Assembly (NCBI GenBank): GCA_032718475.1
Contig: JAUCBJ010000505.1
Coordinates: 92,006 to 156,005, forward strand
Length of the DNA stretch: 64,000 bases
From: Nemertoderma westbladi
Taxonomy: Eukaryota; Animalia; Xenacoelomorpha
Reading direction: 5' to 3'
Shown here: in pieces, positions 1-13,023 of the stretch
Numbering within the stretch: the stretch's first letter is position 1
Layout: each line of letters starts with the position of its first letter
Program-made: the position numbers and the translations under genes
Notes under the pieces: generated by a model
What the model was told of the DNA's origin: nothing
The model's input: the letters and a program-made list of their open reading frames with translations, nothing else
The model's database searches: none

Positions 1-535
1 TCCTGAGGATGAAGCGGCGCGGGTAGAGGCAGCTGTTGTAAACTTGGGAATCAGCTTTAACAATGTGGATATCTTTCATCGTATCGGTCACACCCGTTCT
101 GATTCTACCGATCCAGGTAGCCAAGCTGGGGCTGGGAGCGATCCAACGGTTCGAGATGGCGGTAGTAAAAATAAATCTCGTGCGGTCATTGTAAAATTCT
201 TTGGTCATCAGATGAGGATAACGGCGATCCAAAACAAAGTAAATATCAAACCAGCGTACGTCACCGAGCATCTTACTCCCCACCGATCAACACTTCTCAA
301 AGAACTTAATAAGATGAAACGCGATAAGATCATACATTCAGCTTATTCCAGAAATGGCGATGTTGTCTATAAACGGAATGCCACCGACAAGGCGCACGTT
401 GTTGAAACTTTAGAAGATGTTGGTAATCTGAGAGCTGCAAGAACCGATGGAACGGCAACGAAGCGAGGTAGACAAGAAACGAAAAGAGTGGAGAAGCGTC
501 GATCTGGTTCCAAACCCACTCGGAGATCAGATTAA
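1..535 (+). CDS. LINE ORF1 C-terminal part (L1-transposase-like/RRM-CTD type), truncated by window start
   Basis: Motifs 'VDIFHRIG', 'RAVIVKF', 'YVTEHLTPHRSTL', 'SAYSRNGDVVYK' are typical of CR1/L2-group ORF1 proteins; lies directly upstream of an EN-RT ORF2. Confidence 0.75.
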   Translation, partial: PEDEAARVEAAVVNLGISFNNVDIFHRIGHTRSDSTDPGSQAGAGSDPTVRDGGSKNKSRAVIVKFFGHQMRITAIQNKVNIKPAYVTEHLTPHRSTLLKELNKMKRDKIIHSAYSRNGDVVYKRNATDKAHVVETLEDVGNLRAARTDGTATKRGRQETKRVEKRRSGSKPTRRSD

Positions 536-680
536 TTCTGCAAATCGTTCAGTAGAGCCTGTAGAGGCCTCTGCTCCAGGAGGTTCGGCGACAGGCTCCA
601 TCTATAGTGTTTTACCGGTGGATGTCAATTCAGAAGGGAATGAAGTCGAAGACGTTGCCATAGAATAAAATAAGTAGCTA

Positions 681-2677
681 ATGATTTCGAATTTCGAGTC
701 GTCGAGTTGTACCTTTTGCCTTATAGATACTTTCCCTTTTTCTACAGTTCCAGACAATGACACCGACATATTTTTTAATAACGACAACAATTACTTTGAC
801 TTCCCCAGTAACTTCGACGATTACGACAATACTTTCAAGGACATCGACCCTGACCAAAACCTAGACTCAAATAATACAGACGGAAAATACTTTTCAGATA
901 CAAAATATAATATTCAATCTCAAAATGATTCTTTAAAAATATATCATCTTAACTGTAGAAGTCTCAGTAAAAATTTTCATGCCACAAACGACTACCTTAG
1001 CCTATTAGAAAAACAGTTTGATGTATTGTGTTTCACTGAAACTTTCTTAACAGAGAACAGCGACCTCTCTACATTAACTATCCCCTGATACCTACCACCA
1101 ATTACTAATCACAGACAGTACGGGAAAAGGGACCGGGGTGGGACAGCGATATACATTAAAAACGGATTAGATTTTACTGTACGTACAGACATTACAATTA
1201 ATCACTGTGAATCTTCCTGGGTCAGTATCTCAAGATCCAAAAATCTAAAAACTTCAAAAGCAATTCTTATCAGAAATATATATCGTCCTCAATCGTGCGA
1301 TCTAACAGATTTTCTAGAAAATCTAAACGACACTCTATATCACTCATAAAAAATAGAACTGAAGAAAAAGAAAAGGAATATAAAAAGTACAGAAACAAAT
1401 TCTCAAAACTCCTAAAATTATCCGAAAAAACATACTATGCGAATGAATTTGAAAAAAATAAAAATAATATGCGAAAAACATGGAATACAATAAACTCTGC
1501 CTTAAATCGATCAAAAACAAGAAATTCACCAAAAAAATTAATTTTAATAGACAACATCGGAAATGAAAGTGAGATTACTGACCCCAGGGAGATTTGCAGT
1601 GTCTTCAACAATCACTTTGCTACTGTAGGAACTCGACTGGCACAAAACATACCAACTTCAAACAGAAACCCTACTCGTTATATAAATCACAAAAAACCGA
1701 ACTCCTTCTCACTTATCCCGACACCAAACCGAGAAACTATTTACAATATACTAGACTTAAATAACTCGAGTTCAACAAACGACAATTTTCCTATATCTTT
1801 ACTAAAACTTGCAGCCTACGATCTCGCTCCCCACTTAACACATCTAATTAATATTTCCATTAAAAATGGCACGTTCCCATTCATTCTTAAAGCTGCAAAA
1901 ATTATCCCAGTTATCAAAGCCGGAGACCCCACTGACAAGAATAATTACAGACCAATTTCAATACTACCTGTTTTCAGTAAACTCTTTGAACGAGTGATAA
2001 ATTCCCAATTAATATCCTATTTGGAAAAGTACTCAATTCTCTCTACAAACCAATACGGATTCCGAAAACACTCGACAACTACAGATGCCATACTTACTGT
2101 TACTGAAAAGATATTAAACGTTCTAGAAAAACATGAAACAGCCTGTTTAATATCCATAGACCTCAAAAAAGCGTTTGACACCTTGCAACACAACATCCTG
2201 TTAAGCAAACTAAATAGCTATGGTATCCGGGGAACCCCACTCGAATTACTTACCAGCTTCTTACACAACCGAACCCACACTGTAAACATAGGCAATATTC
2301 ACTCTGAGCCAATACTTGCCCCCTGCGGTACCCCCCAGGGGGCCATTTTGTCCGCAACTTTATTCCTTATATACATAAACGACTTACCTAACTGTACATA
2401 GCTACTATCAACACTATTTGCTGACGACACGAATTTACTATACAACCACACTGATATTAAAATACTTACAGATGCCATAAACTTAGAACTTAATAGAGTT
2501 GATCAATGGCTGACAGACAACCAACTATCCCTTAATCTTAAAAAAACAGAATATATATTAATAACAAACAAACAAACCACTGAACATGAGAATATTAAAA
2601 TAAGAGACCTTCCTATAAGTAACGTAAGTAAAACCAAATTTTTAGGAATCTGGATAGACGATAAATTATCTTGGAAA
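681..2677 (+). pseudogene. Degenerate LINE ORF2 (APE endonuclease + reverse transcriptase), CR1/L2 group
   Basis: EN motifs 'HLNCRSL', 'LCFTETFL'; RT motifs 'NYRPISILP', 'QYGFR', 'DLKKAFD', 'GTPQG'; after the in-frame TAG at 2399-2401 the frame continues 'LLSTLFADDT'. Stops plus an apparent internal deletion near 1345 between EN and RT; 3' end missing. Confidence 0.9.
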
Positions 2678-2691
2678 ATAAATTATCTTGG

Positions 2692-4566
2692 CAGTTTCTA
2701 CCCCGCCGAAAACTAGATTTCAGAGTGATTGGTTTGTTTGATAAATTGGGAACGAGATTTTCCAATATCTTCCATATGTAAATGACGATGTAGCGTTCCC
2801 TGCGCCGTTCCAACGAGTTTAACTTTAATTGCTTAAGGCGTTCCCAGTAGTTAAGCTCGTTCATTCCTTGGATTCTCCTCGTGAACGATCGTTGTACTTA
2901 TTCTATTCTTTGAGTCTCGTGTATGTTATTGTTCGGATGCCACAGCTGACAACAGTACTCGAGTTTAGATCGTACTAAAGATGTGAACAGTGTTTTCATT
3001 GTTAGCGGGTCGCGTATTGTGAAAACATGTAGAATCCAGCCACATAGTTGCTTAGCATCTCGACATGTGCTTTCAATGTGGATCTTGAAATTGCCAGTAT
3101 GGCTCATGTTGATTCCAAGGTCCTTTACATCTTCCTTGACTATTATAGTTTCATTACCCCCAGTGTCTCTGTTTATAAACGTATAGTTTCCACCCCGGTC
3201 CAGGCTGGGGTTCTGTGTTGGTGTATAGCACAGGCACTCGAATTTATCACCATGCAGTTCCATGCCATTGTTATCGGCCCAGTCGTATATCGTGGCAAGG
3301 TCTTCTTGGATTTTATTATCCGTGGTTGATGATGTAACTGGACCCGACACCCTGGTATCATCAGCAAAGGAAGTTATTTTATTTGTTGTATTATGGTCGA
3401 TGTCATTCATCAGAATGATAAAAAGGAGAGGTCCTAGCACCGAACCTTGAATAACTCCACTTATAATGTCTTTCCAGGTTGAGCTCGCTCCGTTCAGAAC
3501 TACTCGTTGCTTCCTGTTTGAGAGAAAGTTCCACAACCAGCACCCGAGCTGCCCACCAATTCCGATGGCCCGGATCTTTCGCATAAGTGAACCATGATCC
3601 ACTTTGTCAAATGCTTTGGAGAAATCGAAATAGACTACATCAATACCATCTCCTTTTGATAAGTGATCGATGATATTCGCGTAATGGTCAATGAGCTCAG
3701 AGAGGCATGAGCGACCTCTCCGGAAGCCATGCTGTCCTTTGTTTAAAAGGTTGTTGGATTCTAGGTAGTCTACAAGTGAATCTCGGACAATTCTTTCTAA
3801 TATTTTGGATATGTGGGAAGTCAAAGATACCGGCCGGGTAGTTGCGCGCATCTGATCAAAGGCCCTTCTTGAATATCGGCGTTATTTCGCACAATTTCAA
3901 AGATGTCGGTAGGGCCCCGGATGACAAGGATTTATCAAAGATGACGAAGAGTGGTTTGAGAAGTTCTTCTTTGCATTTCTTCAATAAAAGTGATGGGACT
4001 CCATCAGGGCCAGCAGCGGAGTTTGATCGTAGTTCATCAATCGCTTTCCCGATGAGATTCGTTGTCAGTTTGATTTGACCGAGACGCACATCACCATCTG
4101 TTGTGAGTATCGGGTCTGGAACAACTGGATCCGCCACTGGAGTCGAAAACATAGACATATTGATTCTGTAGTGCCTCACACATTCCTTTATTGTCAGAGA
4201 CTAATTCGCCATTCACAATTAGTGGTCCAACACCAACTCTGTCTTTGCGCTTTCGGTTGGCGTATGAGAAGAAGTATTTGGGGTTCGACTTAATTTTAGA
4301 TACGGCATCTTTTTCCTCCAACCTCCTTTCATCATCGCGCGTTTGATAGAGGTCTATTTCGATGTGCTTGATTTCTGCCTCCAACTTATTAAGATTGGTT
4401 CGAGAGGTTGTGTTTGATATTTGTTTGGTGAGGATTTTCCTTTTCTTATACAGGATACGTCGTATACGTGGGATAATTACTTTTGGCCGTTTACGAGCCG
4501 GAACGTTACCGTTGCATGCAAGTTCTAAATGAGAGTACAGAGTGTCTAGACAACTGTCGGCTGTCA
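2692..4566 (-). mobile_element. Truncated, frameshifted LINE ORF2 (RT), CR1/Jockey-group
   Basis: ORFs 4091-4566, 3856-4179, 2898-3851, 2613-2864 join into one RT: 'KSNPKYFFSY', 'AAGPDG', 'QHGFR', 'DFSKAFD', 'GVIQGSVLGP', 'FADD', 'LERRRER'. Confidence 0.9.
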
Positions 4567-6582
4567 TGTGCTCCAATAGATAGAGTGTTCCAATAGATAG
4601 AGTGATCCAATGGATAGAGTGCTCCAATGGATATAGTGCTCCATGGATAGAGTGATCCAATGGATAGAGTGCTCCAATGGATAGAGTGCTCCAATAGGTA
4701 GAGTCATCCAACAGATAGAGTGCTCCAATAGATAGAGTGCTCCAATAGATATAGTGCTCCAATAGATAGAGTGCTCCAATGGATAGAGTGCTCCAATAGA
4801 TAGAGTGCTCCAATAGATAGAGTGATCCAATAGATAGAGTGCTCCAATAGATAGAGTGCCCCAATGGATAGAATGCTCAAATAGATAGAGTGCTCCAATG
4901 GATAGAGTGCTCCAATGGATAGAGTGCTCCAATGGATAGAGTGCTCCAATAGGTAGAGTCATCCAACAGATAGAGTGCTCCAATAGATAGAGTGCTCCAA
5001 TGGATAGAGTGCTCCAATAGATAGAGTGCTCCAATAGATAGAGTGATCCAATAGATAGAGTGCTCCAATAGATAGAGTGCTCCAATGGATAGAATGCTCA
5101 AATAGATAGAGTGCTCCAATGGATAGAGTGCTCCAATGGATAGAGTGCTCCAATAGGTAGAGTCATCCAACAGATAGAGTGCTCCAATAGATAGAGTGCT
5201 CCAATAGATATAGTGCTCCAATAGATAGAATGCTCCAATGGATAGAGTGCTCCAATAGATAGAGTGCTCCAATAGATAGAGTGCTCCAATGGATAGAGTG
5301 CTCCAATGGATAGAGTGCTCCAATAGATAGAGTGATCCAATGGATAGAGTGCTCCAATAGGTAGAGTGATCCAATGGATGGAGTGCTCCAACGAATAGAG
5401 TGCTCCAATGGATAGAGTGCTCCAATGGATAGAGTGCTCCAATAGATAGAGTGCTCCAATAGATAGAGTGCTCCAATAGATAGAGTGCTCCAATAGATAG
5501 AGTGCTCCAATAGATAGAGTGATCCAATGGATAGAGTGCTCCAATGGATAGAGTGCTCCAATAGATAGAATGATCCAATGGATAGAGTGCTCCAATAGAT
5601 AGAGTGCTCCAATAGATAGAATGATCCAATGGATAGAGTGCTCCAATGGATAGAGTGCTCCAATAGATAGAGTGCTCCAATATATAGAGTGCTCCAATGG
5701 ATAGAGTGCTCCAATAGATAGAGTGCTCCAATAGATATAATGATCCAATGGATATAGTGCTCCAATAGATAGAGTGCTCTAATGGATAGAGTGCTCCAAT
5801 GGATAGAGTGCTCCAATAGATAGAGTGCTCCAATAGATAGAGTGCTCCAATGGATAGAGTGCTCCAATGGATAGAGTGCTCCAATGGATAGAGTGCTCCA
5901 ATAGATAGAGTGCTCCAATGGATAGAGTGCTCCAATAGATAGAGTGCTCCAATGGATAGAGTGCTCCAATAGATAGAGTGCTCCAATGGATAGAGTGCTC
6001 CAATAGATAGAGTGCTCCAATAGATAGAGTGATCCAATGGATAGAGTGCTCCAATGGATAGAGTGCTCCAATAGATAGAATGATCCAATGGATAGAGTGC
6101 TCCAATAGATAGAGTGCTCCAATAGATAGAGTGCTCCAATGGATAGAGTGCTCCAATAGATAGAGTGCTCCAATAGATAGAGTGCTCCAATAGACAAGAG
6201 TGATCCAATAGATAGCGTGCTCCAATGGATAGAGTGCTCCAATAGATAGAGTGCTCCAATGGATAGAGTGCTCCAATAGATAGAGTGCTCCAATATATAG
6301 AGTGCTCCAATGGATAGTGTGCTCCAATAGGTAGAATGATCCAATGGATAGATTGCTCCAATGGATAGAGTGCTCCAATGGATAGAGTGCTCCAATAGAT
6401 AGAGTGCTCCAATAGATAGAGTGCTCCAATAGATAGAGTGCTCCAATAGATAGAGTGCTCCAATGGATAGAGTGCTCCAATATATAGAGTGCTCCAATGG
6501 ATAGAGTGATCCAATGGATAGAGTGATCCAATGGATAGAGTGCTCCAATAGATAGAGTGCTCCAATAGATAGAGTGCTCCAA
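4567..6582. repeat. 17-bp minisatellite, left block (consensus GAGTGCTCCAAT[A/G]GATA)
   Basis: Unit read directly; the 17-aa periodic translation (3 units = 51 bp) confirms the period. Confidence 0.97.
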
Positions 6583-7225
6583 AAGGATGGTATGCTTGAG
6601 CATGTGGACGACTTCTGTTACCTGGGATCATGGATCCGGAAGTCAGGTGAGGACCTTCGAATACGTAAGGGAAAGGCATGGGCAGCCTTGAATAGGCTTT
6701 CCAGGATTTGGAAGTCACCGAGAATTAATCGGAAACTTAAGGTCCGATTATTTAGAGCAGCAGTAGTTCCAGTACTCCTCTACGGGAGTCCATGCTGGGC
6801 TCTAACTGCTGAGGACACCAAATCTCTAGATGGCACATTCACAAGAATGCTACGCCGGGTTCATTGTGTCAAGTACAATGCACACATCTCCAACCAGACA
6901 CTATATAACATTGGAGGTGTCTCATTGGTTCCCCCAAGCTTGACACTAGAACAAAATCGCCTCCGCTTTGCAGGACATTGCTTTCGCCGTGAGGACCAGC
7001 CAGTGCATAATCTTGTACTTTGGCAGCCTCATGGAGTGAATAAGCATGGTGGACAGCCCATGACTTTCTTGAGACGCATCTTAAAGGACACTGGCCTTAA
7101 AGATGCGGATGATCTAGCAAATGTCATGGGTGATAGGGAGTTGTGGCGGTGCAATTTTGTTGACAAGCCGGCACAGCATTCTTAAAAATGCAGCTGCAAT
7201 GCAGCATGCCGATCCTAGTAGTAGT
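6583..7225 (+). mobile_element. 5'-truncated RTE-clade LINE inserted into the minisatellite
   Basis: ORF 'DDFCYLGSWI...VLLYGSPCW...RLRFAGHCFR' (RTE RT C-terminus); near-identical to 21879-22520 on the minus strand; ends in (AGT)n tail at 7216-7225. Confidence 0.92.
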
Positions 7226-10200
7226 GCTACAATAGATAGAGTGCTCCAATAGATAGAGTGCTCCAATGGATAGAGTGCTCCAATAGATAGAGTGCTCCAA
7301 TGGATAGAGTGATCCAATGGATAGAGTGCTCCAATAGATAGAGTGCTCCAATGGATAGAGTGATCCAATGGATAGAGTGCTCCAATAGATAGAGTGCTCC
7401 AATGGATAGAGTGATCCAATAGATAGAGTGCTCCAATGGATAAAGTGCTCCAATAGATAGAGTGCTCCAATAGATAGAGTGCTCCAATAGATATAGTGCT
7501 CCAATATATAGAGTGCTCCAATGGATAGAGTGCTCCAATAGATAGTGATCCAATGGATAGAGTGCTCCAATGGATAGAGTGCTCCAATAGATAGAGTGCT
7601 CCAATAGATAGAGTGCTCCAATGGATAGAGTGCTCCAATAGATAGAGTGCTCCAATGGATAGAGTGCTCCAATAGATAGAGTGTTCCATGGATAGAGTGA
7701 TCCAATGGATAGAGTGCTCCAATAGATATAGTGCTCCAATGGATAGAGTGCTCCAATAGATAGAGTGCTCCAATGGATAGAGAGCTCCAATGGATAGTGC
7801 TCCAATGGATAGAGTGCTCCAATAGATAGAGTGCTCCAATGGATAGAGAGCTCCAATGGATAGTGCTCCAATGGATAGAGTGCTCCAATAGGTAGAGTGC
7901 TCCAATAGATAGAGTGCTCCAATAGATAGAGTGCTCCAATAGATATAGTGCTCCAATGGATAGAGTGCTCCAATAGATAGAGTGCTCCAATGGATAGAGA
8001 GCTCCAATGGATAGTGCTCCAATGGATAGAGTGCTCCAATAGGTAGAGTGCTCCAATAGATAGAGTGCTCCAATAGATAGAGTGCTCCAATAGATAGAGT
8101 GCTCCAATGGATAGAGTGCTCCAATGGATAGAGTGCTCCAATGGATAGAGTGCTCCAATATATAGAGTGATCCAATGGATAGAGTGCTCCAATAGATAGA
8201 GTGCTCCAATGGATAGAGAGCTCCAATGGATAGTGCTCCAATGGATAGAGTGCTCCAATAGGTAGAGTGCTCCAATAGATAGAGTGCTCCAATAGATAGA
8301 GTGCTCCAATAGATATAGTGCTCCAATGGATAGAGTGCTCCAATAGATAAAGTGCTCCAATGGATAGAGAGCTCCAATGGATAGTGCTCCAATGGATAGA
8401 GTGCTCCAATAGGTAGAGTGCTCCAATAGATAGAGTGCTCCAATAGATAGAGTGCTCCAATAGATAGAGTGCTCCAATGGATAGAGTGCTCCAATGGATA
8501 GAGTGCTCCAATGGATAGAGTGCTCCAATATATAGAGTGATCCAATGGATAGAGTGCTCCAATGGATAGAGTGCTCCAATAGATAGAGTGCTCCAATAGA
8601 TATAGTGCTCCAATAGATAGAGTGCTCCAATGGATAGAGTGCTCCAATAGATAGAGTGATCCAATGGATAGAGTGCTCCAATAGGTAGAGTGATCCAATG
8701 GATGGAGTGCTCCAACGAATAGAGTGCTCCAATGGATAGAGTGCTCCAATGGATAGAGTGCTCCAATAGATAGAGTGCTCCAATAGATAGAGTGCTCCAA
8801 TAGATAGAGTGCTCCAATAGATAGAGTGCTCCAATAGATAGAGTGATCCAATGGATAGAGTGCTCCAATGGATAGAGTGCTCCAATAGATAGAATGATCC
8901 AATGGATAGAGTGCTCCAATAGATAGAGTGCTCCAATAGATAGAATGATCCAATGGATAGAGTGCTCCAATAGATAGAGTGCTCTAATGGATAGAGTGCT
9001 CCAATGGATAGAGTGCTCCAATAGATAGAGTGCTCCAATATATAGAGTGCTCCAATGGATAGAGTGCTCCAATAGATAGAGTGCTCCAATAGATAGAGTG
9101 ATCCAATGGATAGAGTGCTCCAATGGATAGAGTGCTCCAATAGATAGAATGATCCAATGGATAGAGTGCTCCAATAGATAGAGTGCTCCAATAGATAGAG
9201 TGCTCCAATGGATAGAGTGCTCCAATGGATAGAGTGCTCCAATAGATATAATGATCCAATGGATAGAGTGCTCCAATAGATAGAGTGCTCTAATGGATAG
9301 AGTGCTCCAATGGATAGAGTGCTCCAATAGATAGAGTGCTCCAATAGATAGAGTGCTCCAATGGATAGAGTGCTCCAATAGATAGAGTGCTCCAATGGAT
9401 AGAGTGCTCCAATAGATAGAGTGCTCCAATGGATAGAGTGCTCCAATGGATAGAGTGCTCCAATAGATAGAGTGCTCCAATAGATAGAGTGCTCCAATGG
9501 ATAGAGTTCTCCAATAGATAGAGTGCTCCAATAGATAGAGTGCTCCAATAAATAGAGTGCTCCAATAGATAGAGTGCTCCAATAGATAGAGTGATCCAAT
9601 GGATAGAGTGCTCCAATGGATAGAGTGCTCCAATAGATAGAATGATCCAATGGATAGAGTGCTCCAATAGATAGAGTGCTCCAATAGATAGAGTGCTCCA
9701 ATGGATAGAGTGCTCCAATAGATAGAGTGCTCCAATAGATAGAGTGCTCCAATAGACAAGAGTGATCCAATAGATAGCGTGCTCCAATGGATAGAGTGCT
9801 CCAATAGATAGAGTGCTCCAATGGATAGAGTGCTCCAATAGATAGAGTGCTCCAATATATAGAGTGCTCCAATGGATAGTGTGCTCCAATAGGTAGAATG
9901 ATCCAATGGATAGATTGCTCCAATGGATAGAGTGCTCCAATGGATAGAGTGCTCCAATAGATAGAGTGCTCCAATGGATAGAGTGATCCAATGGATAGAG
10001 TGCTCCAATAGATAGAGTGCTCCAATGGATAGAGTGCTCCAATAGATAGAGTGCTCCAATGGATAGAGTGCTCCAATAGGTAGAGTGATCCAATGGATAG
10101 AGTGCTCCAATGGATAGAGTGCTCCAATAGATAGAGTGATCCAATGGATAGAGTGATCCAATAAATAGAGTGCTCCAATAGATAGAGTGCTCCAATAGAT

Positions 10201-11352
10201 AGAGTGCTCCAATGTATAGAGTGCTCCAATAGATAGAGTGCTCCAATGGATAGAGTGCTCCAATAGATAGAGTGCTCCAATATATAGAGTGCTCCAATGG
10301 ATAGTGTGCTCCAATAGGTGGAATGATCCAATGGATAGATTGCTACAATGGATAGAGTGCTCCAATGGATAGAGTGCTCCAATAGATAGAGTGCTCCAAT
10401 GGATAGAGAGCTCCAATGGATAGAGTACTCCAATGGATAGAGTGCTCCAATAGATAGAGTGCTCCAATAGATAGAGTGCTCCAATGGATAGAGTGCTCCA
10501 ATGGATAGAGTGCTCGAATGGATAGAGTGATCCAATAGATAGAGTGCTCCAATGGATAGAGTGCTCCAATGGATAGAGTGCTCCAATAGATAGAGTGCTC
10601 CAATGGATAGAGTGCTCCAATAGATAGAGTGCTCCAATGGATAGAGAGCTCCAATGGATAGAGTGCTCCAATGGATAGAGTGCTCCAATAGATAGAGTGC
10701 TCCAATAGATAGAGTGCTCCAATGGATAGAGTGCTCCAATGGATAGAGTGCTCCAATGGATAGAGTGCTCCAATAGATAGAGTGATCCAATGGATAGAGT
10801 GCTCCAATGGATAGAGTGCTCCAATAGATAGAGTGATCCAATGGATAGAGTGATCCAATAGATAGAGTGCTCCAATGGATAGAGTGCTCCAATGGATAGA
10901 GTGCTCCAATAGATAGAGTGCTCCAATGGATAGAGTGATCCAATGGATAGAGTGCTCCAATAGATAGCGAGCTCTAATAGATAGAGTGCTCCAATAGATA
11001 GAGTGCTCCAATAGATAGAGTGCTCCAATGGATAGAGTGATCCAATAGATAGAGTGCTCCAATAGATAGAGTGATCCAATGGATAGAGTGCTCCAATAGA
11101 TAGAGTGCTCCAATGGATAGAGTGCTCCAACAGATAGAGTGCTCCAATGGATAGAGTGCTCCAATAGGTAGAGTGATCCAATGGATAGAGTGCTCCAATG
11201 GATAGAGTGCTCCAATAGATAGAGTGATCCAATGGATAGAGTGATCCAATAAATAGAGTGCTCCAATAGATAGAGTGCTCCAATAGATAGAGTGCTCCAA
11301 TAGATAGAGTGCTCCAATAGATAGAGTGCTCCAATAGATAGAGTGCTCCAAT
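7226..11352. repeat. 17-bp minisatellite, right block
   Basis: Same unit as 4567-6582, with occasional 15-bp and substitution variants. Confidence 0.97.
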
Positions 11353-11444
11353 ATTATTTAGTGATGTGAGAAAACTTTACACATTTTAGCTTATGACACA
11401 TTTCCAAATTCCCACTTTTTTCTGATTTGATTTTCACTTGCACC

Positions 11445-12494
11445 GTTATGGGGCGTCCTCCAGGGAGACACACTTGCACCGTTCTTGTTCATAATTGTTG
11501 TTGACTATGTTCTACGCATGTCCTTAGATCATCATAATGATGATGGGGTGATGATAACTCCACCTACTGGCTCCAGAAGTCGAAGAAATCCTGTACCTAA
11601 CTGATCTAGACTTTGCTGATGACTTAGGAGTACTCTCAGAATCACTAGAGAGAGCCCAACGGCTCCTCAGCTCATTAGATCATGCTACTTCTAGTGTTTG
11701 ACTTTTTGTTAACTCCAAAATTTTGACAGTTAACTTTGAAAGTCCTCAGGAAGTCTCTGATCGGATGAGCATAAGCTCAAAAGATGGTATGCTTGAGCAT
11801 GTGGACGACTTCTGTTACCTGGTATCATGGATCCGGAAGTCAGGTGAGGACCTTCGAATACGTAAGGAAGGCATGGGCAGCCTTGAATAGGCTTTCCAGG
11901 ATTTGGAAGTCACCGAGAATTAATCGGAAACTTAAGGTCCGATTATTTAGAGCAGCAGTAGTTCCAGTACTCCTCTACGGGAGTCCATGCTGGGCTCTAA
12001 CTGCTGAGGACACCAAATCTCTGGATGGCACATTCACAAGAATGCTACGCCGGGTTCATTGTGTCAAGTACAATGCACACATCTCCAACCAGACACTATA
12101 TAACATTGGAGGTGTCTCATTGGTTCCCCCAAGCTTGACACTAGAACAATATCGCCTCCGCTTTGCAGGACATTGCTTTCGCCGTGAGGACCAGCCAGTG
12201 CATAATCTTGTACTTTGGCAGCGTCATGGAGTGAATAAGCATGGTGGACAGCCCATGACTTTCGTGAGACGCCTCCTAAAGGACACTGGCATTGAAGATG
12301 CGGATGATCTAGCAAATGTCATGGGTGATAGGGAGTTGTAGCGGCGCAACTCATTAATAAGCCGGCATAGCATTCTTAATGCACGCTGCGTTGGGCTTGG
12401 CAATTGCGGATTGCATGGTGGTGACAAAATGTTTTTGTTAAGTTGGCATCTCAATGTGCAGTTTCAATGCAGCAGGCCGATTATAGTAGTAGTA
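11445..12494 (+). mobile_element. Degenerate 5'-truncated RTE LINE (variant 3' UTR)
   Basis: Homologous to 21879-22870 (minus): 'GVLQGDTLAP', 'DLDFADD'; contains indels and stops; ends '...gccgattatagtagtagta'. Confidence 0.88.
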
Positions 12495-13023
12495 TAAATA
12501 AAAAAAACCCGGATCATCAATATATATAAAGATACACTTTTTGGGTGAAAGTATGTGAGTAAAAAGTTTCTGTTTATAAACTGAAATGGAGATGATAACA
12601 AACAATTGTTTTTAATGTTCTGACAAATTTTTACATAACATAGCTATAGCTAGAGTTTGTGCTATTTATCAATAGCTTTAAGATAATCATATTTACGGAT
12701 GTCCCGGAATCGATATTTTGATTCCTGCCGGAACCGGAACAGAATTCAACATACCGGAATATTCCGGCCGGAACCGGAATTTTGTATAATTAGTGAAATG
12801 CACTAAATGACCCATGAAACTTAAATAATTGTTTGTGAATTTTTTACATTGATGGGCGTCGTAGTGGAGAGTGCTGTGGTCTGGAAGCAGGAGCAAGTGA
12901 TTATGGGGCTGTGGAGGGGGGGGGGGGGGGGGGGGGGGGTTATTTCGCCCTATCTGGCCAGGTCTATTTTTACTACGAATTGGCCAAAAGAGGTTGTTGT
13001 CATTTTGGAAATTTTCTTAGATA

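Noticed and set aside
4564-11351. Very long minus-strand ORFs (up to 1406 aa) of LEHSIYWSTLSIGALYP repeats
   Set aside because: Artefact of a 17-bp unit lacking minus-strand stops; all three frames give the same peptide and there is no evidence of a gene.
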